DNA from: an uncultured Bacteroidales bacterium
GTDB taxonomy: Bacteria; Bacteroidota; Bacteroidia; Bacteroidales; UBA10428
Assembly: GCA_964560225.1 (NCBI GenBank)
Contig: CAZLLD010000004.1
Span: 5,593 to 69,592, forward strand
Direction: 5' to 3'
DNA: 64,000 nt
In this document: positions 40,655 through 50,996 of the stretch, in pieces
How positions within the stretch are numbered: position 1 is the stretch's first letter
How the letters are laid out: every line of letters starts with the position of its first letter
Translations under genes and position numbers: made by a program
Notes under the pieces: model-generated
Told to the model about the DNA's origin: nothing
The model's input: only the letters and a program-made list of their open reading frames with translations
Database searches by the model: none

Positions 40655-43600
40655 TCATTTCAATCCGGAACCTGTTATCCGGAAATAATCAAATCCAACT
40701 TCAAAGGGTTTTTCAGGCGCCTGGTCATTCTGTTGCATCATTCTGGCAAAACGGGCCATTTGAGCAGGCAAAACACCATTGCAGGCAATCACACCGGCTT
40801 TGATATCTTTCAACACGACATGAGCTTCTCCGATGATTTCAAATTTGCCTCCATCAGTTGCATAATAAGCAGTATAATAGGCTCCTTTTTTAACCAATTT
40901 AAGAATCAGTGTATTATCACCTTTAATAATTCCATCCATAGTAACAGAAACGGAATATGTTTGATAATCTTTGTTTTCTACTGAAAGCTCAACAATTCCG
41001 GGTTGTTCACCTGATCCGGCGGGCCTTTGCGCTCCCCTGCGGCCTACATTCGCCCTGTACACCAATTTAACAAAGTTGTCATCGTCCTGATAAGCAATGA
41101 CTCCTGCATTTTCAGTAAAACCGGCAGGTTTTCGGGAGCTCGAAATTTTTGATTCAATGGTCCAGTCGGAATTGGCACTTTGCAGTAACAGGTTTCTGGC
41201 ATTGTTTGCCGATGTGGAGACATCTCCTTCTTCACTGGTAATGATAAGCTTTCCGCCTGCCGCATCAAATCTTCTGTTGGCCGGATTTTCGCGTACCCAG
41301 ATCCATGGGTTGCCTGTTATGTTGCTGTTGAATTCATCGCTGAGGGGCTTGATTCCAAAATTCAGCACATATTCCTTCTGGTCACATGAAATTGGATCGA
41401 TCAGTTTGATCGTTGCTGTTCCCGGAATGGATTCAGGTTGGGTGATTTCCGTAATCATACCAGGGTCAACGGGAGTGGCTCTAATAACAGGGATCTTTGA
41501 AGATGAGCTCACCAGATAACTGTATTGTACGGTATTCGGATTGAATCCTTTTACAGGTTTGTTATTAATGGTTACTGAAGTTAAGTTTAAGTCGGGCATC
41601 ACCTTAACCGGGAAATCGTCTGATACCGTTATGTCATTGATGGTTACGGCAGCAGTTATGGTTGCAACACCGATTCCTGCAGCAGTAACCAGGCCTTTTT
41701 GATCGACAGTAGCAACAGAAGGATTATTGGAGGTATAGACAACCCGGGCCTTCGAGATATCATAAAAATAATCATCAGTCATGGCAGCAGTTACATTGGT
41801 TTGGGAACTGTATCCTTTTCTGAAAACAACAGCACCGCAATCAGCAACAACTGTTTTCAGAACAGGTGTCAATGTTCCTTTCATGACAGCACTTACCGTT
41901 CCTTTGACGTCTTTTGAAGATGTCCCTATTTCGAAAATATAGTTGCCCTGGTCGTAAGTGATCTTGTTTTCTTTCATGTCCCAAAACCACAAATCGGCAC
42001 AATCGATCGGGATGGTCACTGTCTTGGTCTGACCCGCAGGTATGGTTACCCGCTTAAAGCCTTTCAGCCTTTTTATCGGACGTTGCAGTGAAGCAGGGCT
42101 TTCGGGTGTGCGCATGTAAATCTGAACTACTTCATCACCAGCATAATTCCCGGCATTTTTAACATCCACACTAATGGTTATTTGATCCTGCGGTGTGATG
42201 GTATTCCGGTCGATTTTGAAATTGCCGTATTCAAAGCTGGTATATGAAAGTCCGTACCCGAATTCATAGGAAACCTCTTTGTCGAAATACCAGAATGTGC
42301 GCCCGTTTTTGTTATTACCTCCCCTGAGAGTATAATCGGTAATAGGGGGGAGGTCATTAACCGATTTGTACCAGCTGGCATTGAGCTTTCCTCCCGGATT
42401 GACAGCTCCAAAAAGAATTTCGGCAATGGCATCGCCCTGTGCCTGCCCGTTGTAACCGGTCCAGATGATTCCGGGAATGTTTGGCAGGTTTTTGAATTCC
42501 TCAACCTCAACACATCCGAGTGTTTGCATCACAACAACCGTATTGGGATTAACAGCAGCTATCGCTTTAATCAGTTCAACCTGGTTGCCCGGAAGCAGGA
42601 GTGTCAGTCTGTCGGATTCTTCAGTGGCTGTTTTTTCATCGGTTCCCACAAAAACCACAGCCACATCTGCAGAAGCTGCTATTTCTATGGTATTCTTGTC
42701 AATTTCCTTATCGGGGGCAGCTCTGTAAACCAGGTATAGAGTCTGGGGCTCGTTCAGTCCCAGCTTATTGACTTTTGTTTTCATCAGCGTGCCCAGGCCA
42801 TAAACGCCTCCCGGCCTGACTCCTGCTTCAACGGTAGCATTCAGGGTAGCGAGCAGATTTCCTTCAGGCGAGCCAACTCTCAATTCAACCAATCCGCCAT
42901 CAATGGGTATATTCAGACTGATCCCGATGGTATCCGTGGTGGTCAGGTCGATGTTCTCATAAGCAGTCCACGAACCGTCATTGATGGTTCTCACCTGCTC
43001 TTCTGCGCCCATACCCGATCCTACAGTGATTCCGCTGGAGCAGGAGCTGAATTTGGTGGCATCGTATTTGGAAACAGAACCGTTTGAATTGATCAGTTGA
43101 AAGCCGGCCACGTAAAACAGGTTGCTTTTGTTGGCGGTACTGCCTCCGGAACTGAATATGACTTCAGTTGACAAACCCTTTTCTGATACATACTTCTTGA
43201 TCCCTGCCAGGGGAGATACCATATTTTCCTGTGACGGTCTCCCCGAATAGGGTCCAAGCACCACTTTATCGGCCTGGGGGCCAATAAGTGCCAGTTTTTT
43301 AACGTTTTCCGGATTCAGGGGAAGTATTTTTTTGCTGGTTTTTACACTGGTATTGTTCTTCAGCAAAACAGGCGTTTTGGTAGCAATTTCTTTTGCCAGC
43401 AATTTGTTTGCCGGTGATCCAATGAGCGCAGACTGGGTAAGTGCATAGGGAACTTTTGAAGGCGGGTCAAATTCACCCAGCCGCATCCTGATAACAAACA
43501 TGTTTAACAGTGCTTTGTCAATATCGGCCATGGAAATCAGGCCTTTGTTGAGGGCATCGATGGTACTTGACTGGTAAACACTTCCGCAGTCGCAGTCGAC

Positions 43601-44521
43601 TCCGGCTTTCAGGCCTTCGGCCGTAGCTTCAGGTGCGGTTTTAACATAGTAATGACCGGTATAGATGTCTTCGATGGCTGCACAATCGCCGGTAACGTAC
43701 CCTTTCATTCCATAGGTTCTTCTGGCGATAGTATCGAGATACAGTTTGCTGGCCGACGTAGGAACCCCGTTCACCGCATTGTAGGAAGTCATGATAGAGG
43801 GGAGGTTGTCTTTTTCAATCAGATCCTTGTAAGGTGCCAGGTAATACTCCCTCATATCGCGGCTGTCCATATTGGAACTGCTAACATGCCGGTCGAACTC
43901 GCTGTTGTTGGCAAAGAAATGCTTGCCACAGGGAACCGTCTTTAAGTAATCGGGATCGCTTCCCATCATACCTCTGATAAAACCACCTGCAATTTGCGAA
44001 ACCAGAAAAGGGTCTTCTCCATATGATTCACCAGTGCGTCCCCAGCGTGGATCTCTGATAGGTTCTACCACAGGAGACCAATAGGTTAATCCGTTAATAA
44101 CCGGTGAATTCAGAGCCCTTGCTTCATCAGAAATTGCCCGGGTTTCCCTTTCCATTAGTTCCGGGTCCCATGCCGATCCCAATGCAACGCTGTTCGGAAA
44201 GGATGTAGGCGAACCTGTGCCAGGTGCCATGCCGAATCCGCCCATGACACCATGAAGGGCCTCGTTCCAGACATTAAAAGCATTAATTCCCAGCCGGGGT
44301 ACGGCAGCCATGCTGTTTCCCAAAAGACTTTCTTTTTCTTCCAAGGTGAGCCTTGAAACCAGGTCAGCAGCTCTTTCTTCAAAAGAATAGGCCGTGTTCA
44401 GGTAAATAGGTATGGTGGACCCCCTGCCTTCAGGTTCACCGGTTTTGTATGCTGTCAACGTGAAAACAACCGTTATTAGAGCGATAGCCATGATACGTTG
44501 ATCAAGAAACCTTTTTTTCAT
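40655..44521 (-). CDS. Glycoside hydrolase family 3 (beta-xylosidase/glucosidase-like) with CBM6-like insertion, Fn3-like, Big_2, cadherin-like and ConA-like C-terminal modules
   Basis: GH3 blocks RDPRWGRTGESYGEDPFL and KGYVTGDCAAIE (nucleophile Asp). INDGSWTAYENIDL (CBM6-like). VVQIYMRTP...KRLKGFKRV (GH3 Fn3-like). YTSNNPSVATVDQKGLVTAAGIGVATI (Big_2). C-terminal NAGVIAYQDDDNFVKLVY (ConA/LamG-like). Confidence 0.9.
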   Translation of the reverse strand: MKKRFLDQRIMAIALITVVFTLTAYKTGEPEGRGSTIPIYLNTAYSFEERAADLVSRLTLEEKESLLGNSMAAVPRLGINAFNVWNEALHGVMGGFGMAPGTGSPTSFPNSVALGSAWDPELMERETRAISDEARALNSPVINGLTYWSPVVEPIRDPRWGRTGESYGEDPFLVSQIAGGFIRGMMGSDPDYLKTVPCGKHFFANNSEFDRHVSSSNMDSRDMREYYLAPYKDLIEKDNLPSIMTSYNAVNGVPTSASKLYLDTIARRTYGMKGYVTGDCAAIEDIYTGHYYVKTAPEATAEGLKAGVDCDCGSVYQSSTIDALNKGLISMADIDKALLNMFVIRMRLGEFDPPSKVPYALTQSALIGSPANKLLAKEIATKTPVLLKNNTSVKTSKKILPLNPENVKKLALIGPQADKVVLGPYSGRPSQENMVSPLAGIKKYVSEKGLSTEVIFSSGGSTANKSNLFYVAGFQLINSNGSVSKYDATKFSSCSSGITVGSGMGAEEQVRTINDGSWTAYENIDLTTTDTIGISLNIPIDGGLVELRVGSPEGNLLATLNATVEAGVRPGGVYGLGTLMKTKVNKLGLNEPQTLYLVYRAAPDKEIDKNTIEIAASADVAVVFVGTDEKTATEESDRLTLLLPGNQVELIKAIAAVNPNTVVVMQTLGCVEVEEFKNLPNIPGIIWTGYNGQAQGDAIAEILFGAVNPGGKLNASWYKSVNDLPPITDYTLRGGNNKNGRTFWYFDKEVSYEFGYGLSYTSFEYGNFKIDRNTITPQDQITISVDVKNAGNYAGDEVVQIYMRTPESPASLQRPIKRLKGFKRVTIPAGQTKTVTIPIDCADLWFWDMKENKITYDQGNYIFEIGTSSKDVKGTVSAVMKGTLTPVLKTVVADCGAVVFRKGYSSQTNVTAAMTDDYFYDISKARVVYTSNNPSVATVDQKGLVTAAGIGVATITAAVTINDITVSDDFPVKVMPDLNLTSVTINNKPVKGFNPNTVQYSYLVSSSSKIPVIRATPVDPGMITEITQPESIPGTATIKLIDPISCDQKEYVLNFGIKPLSDEFNSNITGNPWIWVRENPANRRFDAAGGKLIITSEEGDVSTSANNARNLLLQSANSDWTIESKISSSRKPAGFTENAGVIAYQDDDNFVKLVYRANVGRRGAQRPAGSGEQPGIVELSVENKDYQTYSVSVTMDGIIKGDNTLILKLVKKGAYYTAYYATDGGKFEIIGEAHVVLKDIKAGVIACNGVLPAQMARFARMMQQNDQAPEKPFEVGFDYFRITGSGLK

Positions 44522-44797
44522 GATGATTGGGTTAAATTCAATTTATAATAAAAGTAAAAAGCACCTTTATGTGTAAAGATAACTGAAACTAAAATTCAGT
44601 GCAACTGTTTCGGCGGCCTGTATTTTCAGGTTTCGACTGTTATTTTTTGGTGACCGGGTTTAATGAATGTGGTTGATGGCTTCAGTATCACTTAAAGCAG
44701 TAACATCCCGGATGAGGAAACCGTTTCGGGGAAAATCGACGATGGAGAGTATTTTATAGACGAAAAGATGAATTTTATTTCGGATAGGCCAATTAGG

Positions 44798-44873
44798 TCT
44801 TCAAAGCCTTCAAAGTCTTCATAGTCATGTAGTCTGAAAACAGCTATGAGCTGTGGGCTTCGAGCTGTGAGTG
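44798..44873. repeat. Short-period degenerate tandem arrays (9-bp TCTTCAAAG-type, then AGCTGTG-type words)
   Basis: tcttcaaag ccttcaaag tcttcatag tcatgtag ... agctatgagctgtgggcttcgagctgtgag. Confidence 0.6.
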
Positions 44874-44908
44874 GTTATAAATTCTGTCTGCCACTGCCGG
44901 TTTAGCGA

Positions 44909-45023
44909 GTCATTGCGAGGAAGGCACGACCGAAGCAATCTCTGCAATATCCTGACTCATAAACTTAGATTGCCACGCTCCACTTCGTTCCGCCTGCCTG
45001 CCGGCAGGCAGGCTCGCAATGAC
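44909..45023. repeat. REP-like element, type B, copy 2 (inverted relative to 5075..5205)
   Basis: gtcattgcgaggaaggcacgaccgaagcaatctctgcaatatcctgactcataaac...cctgcctgccggcaggcaggctcgcaatgac. The perfect palindrome is at 44993..45012. The element lies 26 bp downstream of the SSF gene stop. Confidence 0.85.
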
Positions 45024-45048
45024 CGCTACTTTCTTTCTGCTACCATTA

Positions 45049-46560
45049 TTATTGTCCCTTGTCCCTGCAAAAATACAGTCCTGCAAACACCAGCAACCCA
45101 TTGAGGATGAGTAATTCAAAACCGATCTGGTAACCCCACAGCCATTGCTGTGAGTAGGTGCTCAGCAGGTAACATAAAACAGGTGCAGCAAGGGAAATGA
45201 AGGGAACGGCCTTATCGCGGACTTTGTATGGCGTAAGGATACCGAATGCAAACATGCCCAGCAACGGCCCATAGGTATATCCGGCAATTTTGTACAGTGC
45301 GTTGATGACGCTTTCATCATTAAGAATCTTAAACATCAGAATGGACAACACAAAAAGCACGGCAAACCCAATATGAACCAAATTTCGGGTACCCATTCGC
45401 CGGTTGTCTTCCTTAAACCCGAGGAAATCAACGCAAAAAGAAGTGGTCAGTGCAGTCAGTGCCGAGTCGGAGCTTGCGTAAGCGGATGCCAGCAATCCCA
45501 TGATGAACACAAATCCAACGAGTGGTGGCAGGTAGTTGAATACAAGAAAGGGAAAAAGTTCGTCTGTTTTACCGCACTGCATACTTTCGGTGCCCGGGTA
45601 CTGCAGGCTTACAGGACAGTTTTGGGCGAGTTCGCTGTTGCCGAAGTTTTCTGTTATGATTCCCTTTGAATTGGCGTAGATATAAAGCAAGGCACCAAGC
45701 GACAGGAAGAGAATATTTACCAGCACTATCAGTATACTCATCAGGTACATGTTCTTTTTGGCTTCCTTGATATTCCTGCAACTCAGGTTTTTCTGCATCA
45801 TATCCTGATCCAGACCGGTCATCACGATACACACGAACATGCCGCTCAGGAAATGTTTGAAGAAATTATTGGCGGGTTGCCATTCCCACACAAATACCTG
45901 CGAATACCGGCTCGATCCGATGCTGTTGATCAGTCCGGCGGCATCAAGATTCAACTCTTTACCAATTAGCACTATGGAAAGTATCACGCCCAGGACCAGG
46001 AAGGTTGTTTGCAGGGTGTCGGTATATACAATGGTGCGTATGCCTCCTTTAAATGAATAAACATAGATCAGCGCAATGGTGATGATCACGGTTAACCAGA
46101 ATGGTACCCCCATTTTGGAAAGAATAAATCCATCAATAACCAGGGCTACCAGGTAAAGCCGGAAAGATGACCCGATCACGCGGGAGAGGATGAAGAAAGC
46201 AGCGCCGGTTTTATAGCTGAAAAGACCCAGGCGGCTGTTCAGGTATACATATATCGAAGAGAGGTTCATTCGGTAATATAAAGGTAACAGCACATTGGCA
46301 ATGATGATGTAACCGGCAAAGAATCCGAAAACCATCTGCAGGTATGCAAAAGAGCTTGCTCCCACTTCTCCGGGAACAGAAATAAAGGTAACTCCCGATA
46401 TGGATGCTCCGATCATCCCGTAGCCTACAAGAAGCCAGGGTGATTTCCGGTTGCCGACAAAGAAAGAGGCGTTGTCGGCTCCACGGCTGGTAATTACTGA
46501 AATAATGATCAGAAGCGTGAAATAGGTAACAACGATGGTGAGCAATATCCAGGGATTCAT
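45049..46560 (-). CDS. Sodium:solute symporter family (SSF) transporter
   Basis: About 13 hydrophobic helices. N-terminal FFVGNRKSPWLLVGYGMIGASISGVTFISVPG is typical of SSF proteins. Confidence 0.85.
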   Translation of the reverse strand: MNPWILLTIVVTYFTLLIIISVITSRGADNASFFVGNRKSPWLLVGYGMIGASISGVTFISVPGEVGASSFAYLQMVFGFFAGYIIIANVLLPLYYRMNLSSIYVYLNSRLGLFSYKTGAAFFILSRVIGSSFRLYLVALVIDGFILSKMGVPFWLTVIITIALIYVYSFKGGIRTIVYTDTLQTTFLVLGVILSIVLIGKELNLDAAGLINSIGSSRYSQVFVWEWQPANNFFKHFLSGMFVCIVMTGLDQDMMQKNLSCRNIKEAKKNMYLMSILIVLVNILFLSLGALLYIYANSKGIITENFGNSELAQNCPVSLQYPGTESMQCGKTDELFPFLVFNYLPPLVGFVFIMGLLASAYASSDSALTALTTSFCVDFLGFKEDNRRMGTRNLVHIGFAVLFVLSILMFKILNDESVINALYKIAGYTYGPLLGMFAFGILTPYKVRDKAVPFISLAAPVLCYLLSTYSQQWLWGYQIGFELLILNGLLVFAGLYFCRDKGQ

Positions 46561-46636
46561 TACAGCTGTGATTTACCTTGAAAATGCAAGGATAGTAAAA
46601 ACATTCAATCTGAAAAACAGTTGCCGAATAAAAGAT

Positions 46637-46644
46637 TAATTTTG
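46637..46644 (+). promoter_or_regulatory. Candidate Bacteroidota -7 box (TAnnTTTG)
   Basis: TAATTTTG lies 44 nt upstream of the recR ATG. Confidence 0.35.
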
Positions 46645-46687
46645 CCTGGTATCAGGTAAAATATGTGATGCAAAAACAGGTCGGGTC

Positions 46688-47305
46688 ATGAATTTTAATT
46701 ATTCCTCCAAACTGCTTGAAAGCGCGGTGAATGAATTTGCCACCCTGCCCGGAATTGGTCATAAAACCGCACTCCGGCTGGTGCTGCACCTGCTGAGGCA
46801 GGACAAGACGGCACTGGAAAACTTTGGTTCCACCCTCATTAAATTAGCTTCCGATCTGAAGTTTTGCAGCATTTGCGGAAACATCTGCGATAGGGACATT
46901 TGCCCGGTTTGTGCGGATCAGAAACGTGATCATGCCACCATTTGCGTGGTTGAAAACATCAAGGACATCATGGTGATTGAGAACACACAACAATATCACG
47001 GTGTGTATCATGTGCTGGGAGGCATCATATCACCCATGGACGGACTGGGCCCGGCTGATTTGAACATCAACAGCCTTGAAAAAAGAGTAAAAGAAGGTAC
47101 AACTAAGGAACTGATTCTGGCATTGAGCGCTACCATGGAAGGGGATACGACCAATTTTTACCTCTACAAGAGGCTGAATACCTATAACCTGGTATTCTCA
47201 ACCCTGGCACGTGGTGTTTCTATCGGTGACGAGTTGGAATATACCGATGAAATCACCCTGGGGAGATCATTGGTGAACCGGATTCCCTTTAGTGTTTCTT
47301 CTTGA
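46688..47305 (+). CDS. recR: Recombination protein RecR
   Basis: [12 protein letters not shown] helix-hairpin-helix, C4 zinc finger [16 protein letters not shown], Toprim domain. Confidence 0.95.
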   Translation: MNFNYSSKLLESAVNEFATLPGIGHKTALRLVLHLLRQDKTALENFGSTLIKLASDLKFCSICGNICDRDICPVCADQKRDHATICVVENIKDIMVIENTQQYHGVYHVLGGIISPMDGLGPADLNINSLEKRVKEGTTKELILALSATMEGDTTNFYLYKRLNTYNLVFSTLARGVSIGDELEYTDEITLGRSLVNRIPFSVSS

Positions 47306-48047
47306 TTTTTACCTTGGCGGCCATTGCAGCCCCGATAATACCCGCATCATTCAGAAATCGGGCCGGAACAATTCTGGCTTTCAGGTTGAGCTGGTCCTTG
47401 AACTGATCGAGCTTCTTGCTGGCTCCGCCGCCCAGTATGATCAACTCGGGCCAGGTGAGAAATTCAATATGGGACAGGTATTCATTAAGCCTTTTGCCCC
47501 AGGCAGTCCAATCAAGATCTTCCTTCTTTCGGGTGGCATCAGAGGTGTAGACTTCGGCATCCATACCTTTGAATTCAACATGCCCGAATTCGGTATTCGG
47601 ATAAAGCCTGCCTTTGACAAACAGGGAGGAACCAATTCCTGTGCCAATGGTGAGCACCACTACGGCACCTTTAAAACCTGCACCGGCTCCAAGTTTTACT
47701 TCAGCCAGTCCGGCAGCATCGGCATCATTGATTACCCAAACCGGTAATTTGGTAGTATCACGAAAAAGCATGGCTGCATCGGTATCAATCCAGCTCTTAT
47801 CTATGTTGGCTGCAGTTTTTATTATGCCATTCTGAACCACGGCGGGAAAACCACATCCGATGGGACCTTTCCATTTAAAATGTTTGACCATCTCCTTGAT
47901 GGTTTTTGCCACGTTTTTAGGACTGGAGGGATTGGGTGTGGGAATGCGGAATCTTTCATCCAGCAACTTTCCTGTCTTTACATCTACAGGAGCACCCTTT
48001 ATTCCCGATCCTCCAATATCAATTCCAAGAATTTTCTTTGAATTCAT
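47289..48047 (-). CDS. ROK-family polyphosphate/ATP glucokinase (PpgK-like)
   Basis: [43 protein letters not shown]. Start placed at MNSKK. The 3' end overlaps recR by 17 bp (convergent). Confidence 0.8.
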   Translation of the reverse strand: MNSKKILGIDIGGSGIKGAPVDVKTGKLLDERFRIPTPNPSSPKNVAKTIKEMVKHFKWKGPIGCGFPAVVQNGIIKTAANIDKSWIDTDAAMLFRDTTKLPVWVINDADAAGLAEVKLGAGAGFKGAVVVLTIGTGIGSSLFVKGRLYPNTEFGHVEFKGMDAEVYTSDATRKKEDLDWTAWGKRLNEYLSHIEFLTWPELIILGGGASKKLDQFKDQLNLKARIVPARFLNDAGIIGAAMAAKVKIKKKH

Positions 48048-48254
48048 ACAGTTTTGCTTTATTACTTGCAAGTTAAGAAAAAAATATAATCCCGGTACGT
48101 TCTTCTTTTGTTTCTGCTCTTCTTGTTTACAACTTTTTGTAAAGGTTCATATGTTATTCCAATAAAATTCATACTTTGGTATGAATAATGTGCAATACCT
48201 GTGGCTGCTGAAGTACAGGTTGCTTACAATTGGAAAGTAAAACGAGATGACCTG

Positions 48255-49298
48255 ATGGACAAATACATTGCCGCACTGCTTGAAAACAATCTTCGGGTGA
48301 TTATTCCCGGCTTGGGAGCTTTTATTCTGAAGCAAAAAGACCCCAAGGTTGTTGTATTCAATGAATCGCTGAAATACGACGATGGCTTGCTGATCGATTA
48401 TATGATAAAATGTGAAAACATTGACCGTGAAATTGCCCAGCAGCAATTGTCAGATTTTCTTTCAGGAGTTGGCAAGGCTCTGGATTCAAAAAATGCATTT
48501 ACCATTGAAGGATTGGGATTTCTGCGCAAAGATTTCAATGGCAGGATTATTTTTACAGCCTCTGATGGTAAAGACAAACCGGAACTTGCGGATCTCATCG
48601 TTGAAGAACCTGTGATACAGGTTGAAGAAGAGCCGGCCCCTGAAAAACCGGTAATTAAAAAAACCGGGAAAGTCACTGCTACGGCTGTTGAAAATGAGAT
48701 GGAACCGGAAAGCCATAAAGCGGCTCATGAAACAGGTGAACCTGTAAGGCAGGATGTTGACCCCGGAACAAAAAAGGAGGCTCCTGTTGAAGCGCATGCG
48801 ATGAATGCCGTATCCGGGAAAACCGGTTATTATTCTTCGAAACAGGTTATCAGGTGGCTGCTCATCATTCTTTTGGTGAATACAGCAGTAATTATATTTT
48901 TTATTTTCAGGGGTAAGATCCGTCCTGATACCAAACCTGAGCAACAATCGTTTTTCATTTCTGATTCTTTGTTTGATCAGCTTTCCGACTCGGTTAGAAT
49001 GGCAGTTGCCGATACTTCACTGGTATTTGCAGAAATTCCCGGGGCAGTTGTTGCTGACAGCCTGATTGATGAAAACCTGCGCTATTACATTGTTGCCGGC
49101 TGCTTCAGAGATGAAGTCAATGCCAATGAACTGGTAAATTCATTGAGTGATATGGGATTCAAAGCTGAAAAGTTCGGCAAAATCGGCAATCTATTCGCTG
49201 TATCTTTTGCATCGTTTGAGGATAAGGAACTTGCTGTAAAAGAATTGCAGAGAATCCGTGAGGAGATTCACCCTGATGCCTGGATGACCAGGTTTTAA
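48255..49298 (+). CDS. SPOR-domain protein with N-terminal HU-like domain and a TM segment
   Basis: N-terminal LRVIIPGLGAFILK (HU/CCDC81-like), TM WLLIILLVNTAVIIFFIF, C-terminal SPOR YYIVAGCFRDEVNANELVNSL...FAVSFASFEDKELA. Confidence 0.75.
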   Translation: MDKYIAALLENNLRVIIPGLGAFILKQKDPKVVVFNESLKYDDGLLIDYMIKCENIDREIAQQQLSDFLSGVGKALDSKNAFTIEGLGFLRKDFNGRIIFTASDGKDKPELADLIVEEPVIQVEEEPAPEKPVIKKTGKVTATAVENEMEPESHKAAHETGEPVRQDVDPGTKKEAPVEAHAMNAVSGKTGYYSSKQVIRWLLIILLVNTAVIIFFIFRGKIRPDTKPEQQSFFISDSLFDQLSDSVRMAVADTSLVFAEIPGAVVADSLIDENLRYYIVAGCFRDEVNANELVNSLSDMGFKAEKFGKIGNLFAVSFASFEDKELAVKELQRIREEIHPDAWMTRF

Positions 49299-49331
49299 GA
49301 ACGGAATATTACAAACAGTAAAACCAGAAAT

Positions 49332-50876
49332 ATGAAAAGAACACTTTTAGCATGCCTTTTGTTTGTATGGGCTGCAGTACAAACACCCTTAACGGCGCAG
49401 CCTGTTACCATTGTGTTGAACGCAGATTTATCCACGGATACAATCAGCCGGCACATTTACGGACATTTCTCGGAGCATCTGGGACATTGTATCTATGGTG
49501 GGATCTGGGTGGGAGAGAACTCTGCCATACCTAACACCAGGGGAATCCGGAATGATGTGGTTGCTGCACTGAAGCGTCTGCACATTCCGAATCTGCGTTG
49601 GCCGGGTGGTTGTTTTGCCGACGAGTATCACTGGATGGACGGCATTGGCCCGCGCGAAAACAGGCCTAAAATGATCAATACACATTGGGGCGGGGTAGTG
49701 GAAGACAATAGTTTTGGAACCCATGAATTTCTGGATCTTTGCGAGCAGGTGGGAACTGAGCCTTATATTTGCGGGAACCTGGGCAGCGGATCGGTTGAAG
49801 AACTTTCAAAATGGGTTGAATACATGACTTTCGACGGAAAAAGCCCGATGTCCGATCTGCGTCGAAAAAACGGTCGTGAAGAACCCTGGAAGGTGAAATT
49901 TCTGGGAGTCGGGAACGAGAACTGGGGTTGCGGTGGCAACATGACAGCCGAGTTCTATGCCGACCAGTACAAACGCTATGCCACTTATACCCGGAATTAT
50001 GGAGCCAACAAGCTCTATCGCATAGCCGGCGGACCCAGTTCGGAGGATTATCACTGGACAGAAACACTGATGAAGAATGTGCCCCTGAACCTGATGAACG
50101 GACTCTCACTGCACCATTATACCATCACTCATAACTGGACTTATAAGGGCTCTGCCACCCAGTTTACCGAGGAAGAGTATTTCAGCACCATCAAAAGCAC
50201 ACTGGTGATGGACGAGCTTGTTACCCGCCATTCAACCGTTATGGATCAGTATGATCCGAAGAAAAGTGTGGGTCTGATTGTGGATGAATGGGGTACCTGG
50301 TTTGACGTGGAACCCGGAACCAATCCCGGATTCCTGTTTCAGCAAAACACCATGAGGGATGCCTTGGTGGCCGGAATTAACCTGAACATCTTCAACAACC
50401 ATGCCGACCGGGTTAAGATTGCCAACATTGCACAGATGGTGAATGTGCTGCAGGCCATTCTGTTCACAGAAGGCGATAAACTGGTGCTCACCCCCACATT
50501 CTATGTTTTTGAGATGTACAAGGTTCATCAGGATGCTGCCCTCATACCGGTCACTTTCAAATCACCCGAATATGTGCTGAATGGGAAGTCAGTTCCGGCA
50601 GTCACTGCTTCCGCATCGCGCGATAAAGCCGGAAAGGTTCATATAACAATTACCAATGCCGATCCACATAAGGAGATTGAACTGAATCTGGATCTGCGGG
50701 CATATAAACCTGCAGGTATTTCAGGAACGGTGCTTGCGGCAAAAGAGTTGTCGCAGCACAATACCTTCGCCAACCCGGAGGTAGTAAAATCGGTTCCGTT
50801 TAAAGGATTTAAGCTGAATAAGGAAACGGTGAACGTGAAGTTGCCTGCAGCTTCGGTGGTGATGTTGGAGTTGTAA
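49332..50876 (+). CDS. abfA: GH51 alpha-L-arabinofuranosidase
   Basis: Signal peptide, [24 protein letters not shown] (acid/base Glu), IVDEWGTW (nucleophile Glu). Confidence 0.9.
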   Translation: MKRTLLACLLFVWAAVQTPLTAQPVTIVLNADLSTDTISRHIYGHFSEHLGHCIYGGIWVGENSAIPNTRGIRNDVVAALKRLHIPNLRWPGGCFADEYHWMDGIGPRENRPKMINTHWGGVVEDNSFGTHEFLDLCEQVGTEPYICGNLGSGSVEELSKWVEYMTFDGKSPMSDLRRKNGREEPWKVKFLGVGNENWGCGGNMTAEFYADQYKRYATYTRNYGANKLYRIAGGPSSEDYHWTETLMKNVPLNLMNGLSLHHYTITHNWTYKGSATQFTEEEYFSTIKSTLVMDELVTRHSTVMDQYDPKKSVGLIVDEWGTWFDVEPGTNPGFLFQQNTMRDALVAGINLNIFNNHADRVKIANIAQMVNVLQAILFTEGDKLVLTPTFYVFEMYKVHQDAALIPVTFKSPEYVLNGKSVPAVTASASRDKAGKVHITITNADPHKEIELNLDLRAYKPAGISGTVLAAKELSQHNTFANPEVVKSVPFKGFKLNKETVNVKLPAASVVMLEL

Positions 50877-50892
50877 AGAATGTTAATCAATT

Positions 50893-50916
50893 GAGCGTAG
50901 TCGGGAGACTACGCTC
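50893..50916. repeat. Perfect 10-bp-stem hairpin
   Basis: gagcgtagtc(ggga)gactacgctc, 17 bp after the abfA stop. Confidence 0.6.
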
Positions 50917-50939
50917 AGCTTACCTTATTATTGAATATA

Positions 50940-50974
50940 CCCTTCAAGCGGTTGAAAACCCTTGAAGGGTTTTT
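50940..50974 (+). terminator. Hairpin repeat CCCTTCAAG(n12)CTTGAAGGG plus T-run (copy 2 of the family), likely terminator between abfA and hisS
   Basis: cccttcaagcggttgaaaacccttgaaggg followed by ttttt. Confidence 0.6.
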
Positions 50975-50996
50975 AACTATGCTTTTTCGCAATCTT

